Shown here piece by piece: positions 1 to 12,167 of a DNA stretch of 64,000 nt; the stretch's first letter is position 1, and every line of letters starts with the position of its first letter. The stretch spans positions 7,688,001 through 7,752,000 of the forward strand of contig CM120641.1 of NCBI GenBank assembly GCA_051362555.1, given 5' to 3'. The position numbers were made by a program, and so were the translations under genes. This DNA is from Lingula anatina (Eukaryota; Animalia; Brachiopoda). The notes below the pieces were generated by a model that was given only the letters and a program-made list of their open reading frames with translations, did not search any database and had not been told where the DNA came from.

Positions 1-771
1 GGCACAAGCTTTGTCTTTTTATGCCCCTCCCTTCCTATCTTGGGCCCTTGCTTCTCAAGACCGTTCATATGTTCATGCAGTACCCGGGGCAAGTCCGCAG
101 TCGACATTTGAAAGAGTAAAGACTACTCAATACTAAAACCGCCGAGGTTTGAACAGCTGTGCATCTCACCGTGCTCTATAACGTCAAAGGTGAAACCAAA
201 CGTTATCTCAGTGCAAAACAAAATGAAAATAAAGGCATCTGAAGTCATTTAACTATAGGAACGTTCAGAACAGGCCTATCAATGAATGCGATCCAACTTG
301 TTTTGATTCAGTAGCTTTTCCCGTATAACAGCAGGTCATACCACCTGTTAACCGTGTTCGGTAGAAAAACGATGTCTCCTCGGCAGAATTATTTGCCAAA
401 TATGTTTCACTCAACCATTGAATGTTATTTATTATTATAATTATTTTTTTTTTTTTTATTCTCTCCTCTTAGGTTCTCACTAAAAGTAAAACACGCCTGT
501 TGTGAACCTCCTCTGATCCGTGTGGACTCTTTAATATCATGGGTAAATCCAAAATAAATCTCAGTATGAAACAAACTCCGAGCTCCGTGTCGGGTTCTCA
601 AACACGATTTCCTGTGCATCATGAGCTTTACCGTTTATGTCTGGGACTGGGGTTTTGTAGGATGAAATGGGGCACCGGGATTATCGATTGGGATAGCAGT
701 TGTACACATGTACATCCAATCTGGCGCTCTCCGTGACAAGGTTGAAAGTTTCCATCTGATCGTTGCTGGTC

Positions 772-869
772 GACGAAGCTGTCGTGGCTGCGTGGTAACT
801 CTGCTGCTTTGCAGATAGGCAGGAACTCGGACGATGGTTCGAGTCCCAGTAGATACTGTGTCATTTTTT
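772..869 (+). ncRNA. Candidate Pol III small RNA, vault-RNA-like (representative copy; others start at about 2713, 4065, 4877, 7072, 8427, 9216, 10567; mutated copies at 6261 and 11920)
   Basis: A-box-like TGGCTGCGTGG (785-795) followed by TAACT, B-box GGTTCGAGTCC (836-846), T6 run (864-869). 5' GACGAAGCTGTC can pair with 3' GATACTGTGTC, and CTGC-TGG-ACTC with GAGT-CCA-GTAG. The A-box has one mismatch to consensus. Confidence 0.4.
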
Positions 870-939
870 GCCAGAATTAATTTTCTAAAAATTGCGCTTG
901 ATTACTATAAGAGGAAACTCGCACGTACGGAGGGTGGGC

Positions 940-1134
940 GGGTCAGTCACGGAGCAGTCGGTAGCGTGCATGGATGGAAATGAGACAGCCGAAGCGTCAT
1001 CAACCTTGGTAACGCAAAGTCACGGGTTCGAGTCCCGGATGAGGCACGTCACGACAACGACCTGGCCCCTGAATCGGGATGCCACGAGACGGGAATGAAT
1101 GAGGGCTCTCGTGGGACTTAGCAAATTACCTTTT
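940..1134 (+). ncRNA. Second tRNA-derived / structured Pol III-like element in module B (representative copy)
   Basis: D-loop-like GAGCAGTCGGTAGCGT, T-arm CGGG-TTCGAGT-CCCG (B-box 1025-1035), closing helices GGGTCAG/CTGGCCC and GTCG..GCGTGC/GCACGT..CGAC, hairpin CCACGAGA/TCTCGTGG (1082-1114), TTTT at 1131-1134, TATAAG at ~906. No valid cloverleaf. Confidence 0.3.
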
Positions 1135-4100
1135 GCGTAAAAATACGGTATACTTCAGAAAGTTTAAATCTGCTTCGACAATTATATTTCCTTGCTCTTC
1201 AGTTAAAAGTACTTATATTGCTGCCACGATCTTGAACTTAAACTGAGCTAAAGCTAACTCCGTGCGTACTGCATTTCATCAAAATGTTCTCTCTAAAAGT
1301 AAAACACGCCTGTTGTGAACCGCCTCTGATCCGTGTGGACTCTTTAATATCATGGGTAAATCCAAAATAAATCTCAGTATGAAACAAACTCCGAGCTCCG
1401 TGTCGGGTTCTCAAACACGATTTCCTGTGCATCATGAACTTTACCGTTCATGTCTGGGACTGGGGTTTTGTAGGATGAAATGGGGCACCGGGATTATCGA
1501 TTGGGATAGCAGTTGTACACATGTACATCCAATCTGGCGCTCTCCGTGACAAGGTTGAAAGTTTCCATCTGATCGTGTTGGTCGACGAAGCTGTCGTGGC
1601 TGCGTGGTAACTCTGCTGCTTTGCAGATAGGCAGGAACTCGGTCGATGGTTCGAGACGGGATTGAATGAGGGCTCTCGTGGGACTTAGCAAATTACCTTT
1701 TGCGTAAAAATACGGTATACTTCAGAAAGTTTAAATCTGCTTCGACAATTATATTTCCTTGCTCTTCAGTTAAAAGTCCTTATATTGCTGCCACGATCTT
1801 GAACTTAAACTGAGCTAAAGCTAACTCCGTACGTACTGCATTTCATCAAAATGTGCTATCTTTTTGGTGGGATTATCAGAGAGAAAACTTTTGATTTTTT
1901 ACAAAAGTTGCGTCGCCTCTACTCCTTTTATCAGGCACAAGCTTTGTCTTTTTATGCCCCTCCTTTCCTATCTTGGGCCCTTGCTTCTCAAGACCGTTCA
2001 TATGTTCATGCAGTACCCGGGGCAAGTCCGCAGTCGACATTTGAAAGAGTAAAGACTACTCAATACTAAAACCGCCGAGGTTTGAACAGCTGTGCATCTC
2101 ACCGTGCTCTTTAACGTCAAAGGTGAAACCAAACGTTATCTCAGTGCAAAACAAAATGAAAATAAAGGCATCTGAAGTCATTTAACTATAGGAACGTTCA
2201 GAACAGGCCTATCAATGAATGCGATCCAACTTGTTTTGATTCAGTAGCTTTTCCCGTATAACAGCAGGTCATACCACCTGTTAACCGTGTTCGGTAGAAA
2301 AACGATGTCTCCTCGGCAGAATTATTTGCCAAATATGTTTCACTCAAAATTACCATTGAATGTTATTTATTATTATTATTATTATTATTTTTTTTTTGAT
2401 TCTCTCCTCTTAGGTTCTCACTAAAAGTAAAACACGCCTGTTGTGAACCTCCTCTGATCCGTGTGGACTCTTTAATATCATGGGTAAATCCAAAATAAAT
2501 CTCAGTATGAAACAAACTCCGAGCTCCGTGTCGGGTTCTCAAACACGATTTCCTGTGCATCATGAACTTTACCGTTCATGTCTGGGACTGGGGTTTTGTA
2601 GGATGAAATGGGGCACCGGGATTATCGATTGGGATAGCAGTTGTACACATGTACATCCAATCTGGCGCTCTCCGTGACAAGGTTGAAAGTTTCCATCTGA
2701 TCGTTGCTGGTCGACGAAGCTGTCGTGGCTGCGTGGTAACTTTGCTGCTTTGCAGATAGGCAGGAACTCGGTCGATGGTTCGAGTCCCAGTAGATACTGT
2801 GTCATTTTTTGCCAGAATTAATTTTCTAAAAATTGCGCTTGATTACTATAAGAGGAAACTCGCACGTACGGAGGGTGGGCGGGTCAGTCACGGAGCAGTC
2901 GGTAGCGTGCATGGATGCAAATGAGACAGCCGAAGCGTCATCAACCTTGTTAACGCAAAGTCACGGGTTCGAGTCCCGGATGAGGCACGTCACGACAACG
3001 ACCTGGCCCCTGAATCGGGATGCCACGAGACGGGATTGAATGAGGGCTCTCGTGGGACTTAGCAAATTACATACGGTATACTTCAGAAAGTTTAAATCTG
3101 CTTCGACAATTATATTTCCTTGCTCTTCAGTTAAAAGTCCTTATATTGCTGCCACGATCTTGAACTTAAACTGAGCTAAAGCTAACTCCGTACGTACTGC
3201 ATTTCATCAAAATGTGCTATCTTTTTGGTGGGATTATCAGAGAGAAAACTTTTGATTTTTTACAAAAGTTGCGTCGCCTCTACTCCTTTTATCAGGCACA
3301 AGCTTTGTCTTTTTATGCCCCTCCCTTCCTATCTTGGGCCCTTGCTTCTCAAGACCGTTCATATGTTCATGCAGTACCCGGGGCAAGTCCGCAGTCGACA
3401 TTTGAAAGAGTAAAGACTACTCAATACTAAAACCGCCGAGGTTTGAACAGCTGTGCATCTCACCGTGCTCTATAACGTCAAAGGTGAAACCAAACGTTAT
3501 CTCAGTGCAAAACAAAATGAAAATAAAGGCATCTGAAGTCATTTAACTATAGGAACGTTCAGAACAGGCCTATCAATGAATGCGATCCAACTTGTTTTGA
3601 TTCAGTAGCTTTTCCCGTATAACAGCAGGTCATACCACCTGTTAACCGTGTTCGGTAGAAAAACGATGTCTCCTCGGCAGAATTATTTGCCAAATATGTT
3701 TCACTCAACCATTGAATGTTATTTATTATTATAATTATTTTTTTTTTTTTATTCTCTCCTCTTAGGTTCTCACTAAAAGTAAAACACGCCTGTTGTGAAC
3801 CTCCTCTGATCCGTGTGGACTCTTTAATATCATGGGTAAATCCAAAATAAATCTCAGTATGAAACAAACTCCGAGCTCCGTGTCGGGTTCTCAAACACGA
3901 TTTCCTGTGCATCATGAGCTTTACCGTTTATGTCTGGGACTGGGGTTTTGTAGGATGAAATGGGGCACCGGGATTATCGATTGGGATAGCAGTTGTACAC
4001 ATGTACATCCAATCTGGCGCTCTCCGTGACAAGGTTGAAAGTTTCCATCTGATCGTTGCTGGTCGACGAAGCTGTCGTGGCTGCGTGGTAACTCTGCTGC

Positions 4101-7100
4101 TTTGCAGATAGGCAGGAACTCGGACGATGGTTCGAGTCCCAGTAGATACTGTGTCATTTTTTGCCAGAATTAATTTTCTAAAAATTGCGCTTGATTACTA
4201 TAAGAGGAAACTCGCACGTACGGAGGGTGGGCGGGTCAGTCACGGAGCAGTCGGTAGCGTGCATGGATGGAAATGAGACAGCCGAAGCGTCATCAACCTT
4301 GGTAACGCAAAGTCACGGGTTCGAGTCCCGGATGAGGCACGTCACGACAACGACCTGGCCCCTGAATCGGGATGCCACGAGACGGGAATGAATGAGGGCT
4401 CTCGTGGGACTTAGCAAATTACCTTTTGCGTAAAAATACGGTATACTTCAGAAAGTTTAAATCTGCTTCGACAATTATATTTCCTTGCTCTTCAGTTAAA
4501 AGTACTTATATTGCTGCCACGATCTTGAACTTAAACTGAGCTAAAGCTAACTCCGTGCGTACTGCATTTCATCAAAATGTTCTCTCTAAAAGTAAAACAC
4601 GCCTGTTGTGAACCGCCTCTGATCCGTGTGGACTCTTTAATATCATGGGTAAATCCAAAATAAATCTCAGTATGAAACAAACTCCGAGCTCCGTGTCGGG
4701 TTCTCAAACACGATTTCCTGTGCATCATGAACTTTACCGTTCATGTCTGGGACTGGGGTTTTGTAGGATGAAATGGGGCACCGGGATTATCGATTGGGAT
4801 AGCAGTTGTACACATGTACATCCAATCTGGCGCTCTCCGTGACAAGGTTGAAAGTTTCCATCTGATCGTGTTGGTCGACGAAGCTGTCGTGGCTGCGTGG
4901 TAACTCTGCTGCTTTGCAGATAGGCAGGAACTCGGTCGATGGTTCGAGTCCCAGTAGATACTGTGTCATTTTTTGCCAGAATTAATTTTCTAAAAATTGC
5001 GCTTGATTACTATAAGAGGAAACTCGCACGTACGGAGGGTGGGCGGGTCAGTCACGGAGCAGTCGGTAGCGTGCATGGATGCAAATGAGACAGCCGAAGC
5101 GTCATCAACCTTGTTAACGCAAAGTCACGGGTTCGAGTCCCGGATGAGGCACGTCACGAAAACGACCTGGCCCCTGAATCGGGATGCCACGAGACGGGAT
5201 TGAATGAGGGCTCTCGTGGGACTTAGCAAATTACCTTTTGCGTAAAAATACGGTATACTTCAGAAAGTTTAAATCTGCTTCGACAATTATATTTCCTTGC
5301 TCTTCAGTTAAAAGTCCTTATATTGCTGCCACGATCTTGAACTTAAACTGAGCTAAAGCTAACTCCGTACGTACTGCATTTCATCAAAATGTGCTATCTT
5401 TTTGGTGGGATTATCAGAGAGAAAACTTTTGATTTTTTACAAAAGTTGCGTCGCCTCTACTCCTTTTATCAGGCACAAGCTTTGTCTTTTTATGCCCCTC
5501 CTTTCCTATCTTGGGCCCTTGCTTCTCAAGACCGTTCATATGTTCATGCAGTACCCGGGGCAAGTCCGCAGTCGACATTTGAAAGAGTAAAGACTACTCA
5601 ATACTAAAACCGCCGAGGTTTGAACAGCTGTGCATCTCACCGTGCTCTTTAACGTCAAAGGTGAAACCAAACGTTATCTCAGTGCAAAACAAAATGAAAA
5701 TAAAGGCATCTGAAGTCATTTAACTATAGGAACGTTCAGAACAGGCCTATCAATGAATGCGATCCAACTTGTTTTGATTCAGTAGCTTTTCCCGTATAAC
5801 AGCAGGTCATACCACCTGTCAACCGTGTTCAGTAGAAAAACGATGTCTCCTCGGCAGAATTATTTGCCAAATATGTTTCACTCAAAATTACCATTGAATG
5901 TTATTTATTATTATTATTATTTTTATTTTATTTTTTTTTTTTTTTGATTCTCTCCTCTTAGGTTCTCTCTAAAAGTAAAACACGCCTGTTGTGAACCGCC
6001 TCTGATCCGTGTGGACTCTTTAATATCATGGGTAAATCCAAAATAAATCTCAGTATGAAACAAACTCCGAGCTCCGTGTTGGGTTCTCAAACACGATTTT
6101 CTGTGCATCATGAACTTTACCGTTCATGTCTGGGACTGGGGTTTTGTAGGATGAAATGGGGCACCGGGATTATCGATTGGGATAGCAGTTGTACACATGT
6201 ACATCCAATCTGGCGCTCTCCGTGACAAGGTTGAAAGTTTCCATCTGATCGTTGCTGGTCGACGAAACTGTCGTGGCTGCGTAGTAACTCTGCTGCTTTG
6301 CAGATAGGCAAGAACTCGGACGATAGTTCGAGTCCCAGTAGATACTGTGTCATTTATTGCCAGAATTAATTTTTTAAAAATTGCGCTTGATTACTATAAG
6401 AGGAAACTCGCACGTACGGAGGGTGGCGGGTCAGTCACGGAGCAGTCGGTAGCGTGCATGGATGCAAATGAGACAGCCGAAGCGTCATCAACCTTGGTAA
6501 CGCAAAGTCACAGGTTCGAGTCCCGTATGAGGCACGTCACGACAACGACCTGGCCCCTGAATCGGGATGCCACGAGACGGGAATGAATGAGGGCTCTCGT
6601 GGGACTTAGCAAATTACCTTTTGCGTAAAAATACGGTATACTTCAGAAAGTTTAAATCTGCTTCGACAATTATATTTCCTTGCTCTTCAGTTAAAAGTCC
6701 TTATATTGCTGCCACGATCTTGAACTTAAACTGAGCTAAAGCTAACTCCGTACGTACTGCATTTCATCAAAATGTTCTCTCTAAAAGTAAAACACGCCTG
6801 TTGTGAACCTCCTCTGATCCGTGTGGACTCTTTAATATCATGGGTAAATCCAAAATAAATCTCAGTATGAAACAAACTCCGAGCTCCGTGTCGGGTTCTC
6901 AAACACGATTTCCTGTGCATCATGAACTTTACCGTTCATGTCTGGGACTGGGGTTTTGTAGGATGAAATGGGGCACCGGGATTATCGATTGGGATAGCAG
7001 TTGTACACATGTACATCCAATCTGGCGCTCTCCGTGACAAGGTTGAAAGTTTCCATCTGATCGTGTTGGTCGACGAAGCTGTCGTGGCTGCGTGGTAACT

Positions 7101-10100
7101 CTGCTGCTTTGCAGATAGGCAGGAACTCGGTCGATGGTTCGAGTCCCAGTAGATACTGTGTCATTTTTTGCCAGAATTAATTTTCTAAAAATTGCGCTTG
7201 ATTACTATAAGAGGAAACTCGCACGTACGGAGGGTGGGCGGGTCAGTCACGGAGCAGTCGGTAGCGTGCATGGATGCAAATGAGACAGCCGAAGCGTCAT
7301 CAACCTTGTTAACGCAAAGTCACGGGTTCGAGTCCCGGATGAGGCACGTCACGACAACGACCTGGCCCCTGAATCGGGATGCCACGAGACGGGATTGAAT
7401 GAGGGCTCTCGTGGGACTTAGCAAATTACATACGGTATACTTCAGAAAGTTTAAATCTGCTTCGACAATTATATTTCCTTGCTCTTCAGTTAAAAGTCCT
7501 TATATTGCTGCCACGATCTTGAACTTAAACTGAGCTAAAGCTAACTCCGTACGTACTGCATTTCATCAAAATGTGCTATCTTTTTGGTGGGATTATCAGA
7601 GAGAAAACTTTTGATTTTTTACAAAAGTTGCGTCGCCTCTACTCCTTTTATCAGGCACAAGCTTTGTCTTTTTATGCCCCTCCCTTCCTATCTTGGGCCC
7701 TTGCTTCTCAAGACCGTTCATATGTTCATGCAGTACCCGGGGCAAGTCCGCAGTCGACATTTGAAAGAGTAAAGACTACTCAATACTAAAACCGCCGAGG
7801 TTTGAACAGCTGTGCATCTCACCGTGCTCTATAACGTCAAAGGTGAAACCAAACGTTATCTCAGTGCAAAACAAAATGAAAATAAAGGCATCTGAAGTCA
7901 TTTAACTATAGGAACGTTCAGAACAGGCCTATCAATGAATGCGATCCAACTTGTTTTGATTCAGTAGCTTTTCCCGTATAACAGCAGGTCATACCACCTG
8001 TTAACCGTGTTCGGTAGAAAAACGATGTCTCCTCGGCAGAATTATTTGCCAAATATGTTTCACTCAACCATTGAATGTTATTTATTATTATAATTATTAT
8101 TATTTTTTTTTTATTCTCTCCTCTTAGGTTCTCACTAAAAGTAAAACACGCCTGTTGTGAACCTCCTCTGATCCGTGTGGACTCTTTAATATCATGGGTA
8201 AATCCAAAATAAATCTTAGTATGAAACAAACTCCGAGCTCCGTGTCGGGTTCTCAAACACGATTTCCTGTGCATCATGAGCTTTACCGTTTATGTCTGGG
8301 ACTGGGGTTTTGTAGGATGAAATGGGGCACCGGGATTATCGATTGGGATAGCAGTTGTACACATGTACATCCAATCTGGCGCTCTCCGTGACAAGGTTGA
8401 AAGTTTCCATCTGATCGTTGCTGGTCGACGAAGCTGTCGTGGCTGCGTGGTAACTCTGCTGCTTTGCAGATAGGCAGGAACTCGGACGATGGTTCGAGTC
8501 CCAGTAGATACTGTGTCATTTTTTGCCAGAATTAATTTTCTAAAAATTGCGCTTGATTACTATAAGAGGAAACTCGCACGTACGGAGGGTGGGCGGGTCA
8601 GTCACGGAGCAGTCGGTAGCGTGCATGGATGGAAATGAGACAGCCGAAGCGTCATCAACCTTGGTAACGCAAAGTCACGGGTTCGAGTCCCGGATGAGGC
8701 ACGTCACGACAACGACCTGGCCCCTGAATCGGGATGCCACGAGACGGGAATGAATGAGGGCTCTCGTGGGACTTAGCAAATTACCTTTTGCGTAAAAATA
8801 CGGTATACTTCAGAAAGTTTAAATCTGCTTCGACAATTATATTTCCTTGCTCTTCAGTTAAAAGTCCTTATATTGCTGCCACGATCTTGAACTTAAACTG
8901 AGCTAAAGCTAACTCCGTGCGTACTGCATTTCATCAAAATGTTCTCTCTAAAAGTAAAACACGCCTGTTGTGAACCGCCTCTGATCCGTGTGGACTCTTT
9001 AATATCATGGGTAAATCCAAAATAAATCTCAGTATGAAACAAACTCCGAGCTCCGTGTCGGGTTCTCAAACACGATTTCCTTTGCTGGGACTGGGGTTTT
9101 GTGGGATGAAATGGGGCACCGGGATTATCGATTGGGATAGCAGTTGTACACATGTACATCCAATCTGGCGCTCTCCGTGACAAGGTTGAAAGTTTCCATC
9201 TGATCGTTGCTGGTCGACGAAGCTGTCGTGGCTGCGTGGTAACTCTGCTGCTTTGCAGATAGGCAGGAACTCGGACGATGGTTCGAGTCCCAGTAGATAC
9301 TGTGTCATTTTTTGCCAGAATTAATTTTCTAAAAATTGCGCTTGATTACTATAAGAGGAAACTCGCACGTACGGAGGGTGGGCGGGTCAGTCACGGAGCA
9401 GTCGGTAGCGTGCATGGATGGAAATGAGACAGCCGAAGCGTCATCAACCTTGGTAACGCAAAGTCACGGGTTCGAGTCCCGGATGAGGCACGTCACGACA
9501 ACGACCTGGCCCCTGAATCGGGATGCCACGAGACGGGAATGAATGAGGGCTCTCGTGGGACTTAGCAAATTACCTTTTGCGTAAAAATACGGTATACTTC
9601 AGAAAGTTTAAATCTGCTTCGACAATTATATTTCCTTGCTCTTCAGTTAAAAGTCCTTATATTGCTGCCACGATCTTGAACTTAAACTGAGCTAAAGCTA
9701 ACTCCGTGCGTACTGCATTTCATCAAAATGTGCTATCTTTTTGGTGGGATTATCAGAGAGAAAACTTTTGATTTTTTACAAAAGTTGCGTCGCCTCTACT
9801 CCTTTTATCAGGCACAAGCTTTGTCTTTTTATGCCCCTCCTTTCCTATCTTGGGCCCTTGCTTCTCAAGACCGTTCATATGTTCATGCAGTACCCGGGGA
9901 AAGTCCGCAGTCGACATTTGAAAGAGTAAAGACTACTCAATACTAAAACCGCCGAGGTTTGAACAGCTGTGCATCTCACCGTGCTCTTTAACTTCAAAGG
10001 TGAAACCAAACGTTATCTCAGTGCAAAACAAAATGAAAATAAAGACATCTGAAGTCATTTAACTATAGGAACGTTCAGAACAGGCCTATCAATGAATGCG

Positions 10101-12167
10101 ATCCAACTTGTTTTGATTCAGTAGCTTTTCCCGTATAACAGCAGGTCATACCACCTGTCAACCGTGTTCAGTAGAAAAACGATGTCTCCTCGGCAGAATT
10201 ATTTGCCAAATATGTTTCACTCAAAATTACCATTGAATGTTATTTATTATTATTATTATTATTTTGTTTTTTTTTTATTCTCTCCTCTTAGGTTCTCACT
10301 AAAAGTAAAACACGCCTGTTGTGAACCGCCTCTGATCCGTGTGGACTCTTTAATATCATGGGTAAATCCAAAATAAATCTCAGTATGAAACAAACTCCGA
10401 GCTCCGTGTCGGGTTCTCAAACACGATTTCCTTTGCTGGGACTGGGGTTTTGTGGGATGAAATGGGGCACCGGGATTATCGATTGGGATAGCAGTTGTAC
10501 ACATGTACATCCAATCTGGCGCTCTCCGTGACAAGGTTGAAAGTTTCCATCTGATCGTTGCTGGTCGACGAAGCTGTCGTGGCTGCGTGGTAACTCTGCT
10601 GCTTTGCAGATAGGCAGGAACTCGGACGATGGTTCGAGTCCCAGTAGATACTGTGTCATTTTTTGCCAGAATTAATTTTCTAAAAATTGCGCTTGATTAC
10701 TATAAGAGGAAACTCGCACGTACGGAGGGTGGGCGGGTCAGTCACGGAGCAGTCGGTAGCGTGCATGGATGGAAATGAGACAGCCGAAGCGTCATCAACC
10801 TTGGTAACGCAAAGTCACGGGTTCGAGTCCCGGATGAGGCACGTCACGACAACGACCTGGCCCCTGAATCGGGATGCCACGAGACGGGAATGAATGAGGG
10901 CTCTCGTGGGACTTAGCAAATTACCTTTTGCGTAAAAATACGGTATACTTCAGAAAGTTTAAATCTGCTTCGACAATTATATTTCCTTGCTCTTCAGTTA
11001 AAAGTCCTTATATTGCTGCCACGATCTTGAACTTAAACTGAGCTAAAGCTAACTCCGTGCGTACTGCATTTCATCAAAATGTGCTATCTTTTTGGTGGGA
11101 TTATCAGAGAGAAAACTTTTGATTTTTTACAAAAGTTGCGTCGCCTCTACTCCTTTTATCAGGCACAAGCTTTGTCTTTTTATGCCCCTCCTTTCCTATC
11201 TTGGGCCCTTGCTTCTCAAGACCGTTCATATGTTCATGCAGTACCCGGGGCAAGTCCGCAGTCGACATTTGAAAGAGTAAAGACTACTCAATACTAAAAC
11301 CGCCGAGGTTTGAACAGCTGTGCATCTCACCGTGCTCTTTAACGTCAAAGGTGAAACCAAACGTTATCTCAGTGCAAAACAAAATGAAAATAAAGGCATC
11401 TGAAGTCATTTAACTATAGGAACGTTCAGAACAGGCCTATCAATGAATGCGATCCAACTTGTTTTGATTCAGTAGCTTTTCCCGTATAACAGCAGGTCAT
11501 ACCACCTGTCAACCGTGTTCAGTAGAAAAACGATGTCTCCTCGGCAGAATTATTTGCCAAATATGTTTCACTCAAAATTACCATTGAATGTTATTTATTA
11601 TTATTATTATTTTTATTTTATTTTTTTTTATTCTCTCCTCTTAGGTTCTCTCTAAAAGTAAAACACGCCTGTTGTGAACCGCCTCTGATCCGTGTGGACT
11701 CTTTAATATCATGGGTAAATCCAAAATAAATCTCAGTATGAAACAAACTCCGAGCTCCGTGTCGGGTTCTCAAACACGATTTCCTTTGCTGGGACTGGGG
11801 TTTTGTGGGATGAAATGGGGCACCGGGATTATCGATTGAGATAGCAGATGTACACATGTACATCCAATCTGGCGCTCTCCGCGACAAGGTTGAAAGTTTC
11901 CATCTGATCGTTGCTTGTCGACGAAGCTGTCGTGGCTGCGTGGTAACTCTGCTGCTTTGTAGATAGGTAGAAACTCGGACGATGGTTCGAGTTCCAGTAG
12001 ATACTGTGTCATTTATTGCCAAAATTAATTTTTTTAAAATTGCGATTGATTACTATAAGAGGAAACTCGCACGTACGGAGGGTGGGCGGGTCAGTCACGG
12101 AGCAGTCGGTAGCGTGCATGGATGCAAATGAGACAGCCAAAGCGTCACCAACCTTGGTAACGCAAAG

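Noticed and set aside
929-960. GGAGGG.TG...ACGGAGCAG resembling SRP/7SL helix 8
   Set aside because: The GNRA loop and the rest of the SRP fold and Alu domain are missing; probably coincidence.
940-1050. Functional tRNA gene
   Set aside because: No acceptor stem in register with the D-arm and no anticodon stem-loop.
1020-1120. Hammerhead or HDV-like ribozyme
   Set aside because: No CUGANGA/GAAA core and no nested double pseudoknot could be built on either strand by eye.
1243-1256. Minus-strand GCTTTAGCTCAG identical to the human vault A-box region
   Set aside because: No B-box or closing stem downstream.
425-12022. Dozens of repeated 60-130-aa ORFs in the array
   Set aside because: They overlap on both strands, several use non-ATG starts, indels between copies break frames, and there are no recognisable domains.
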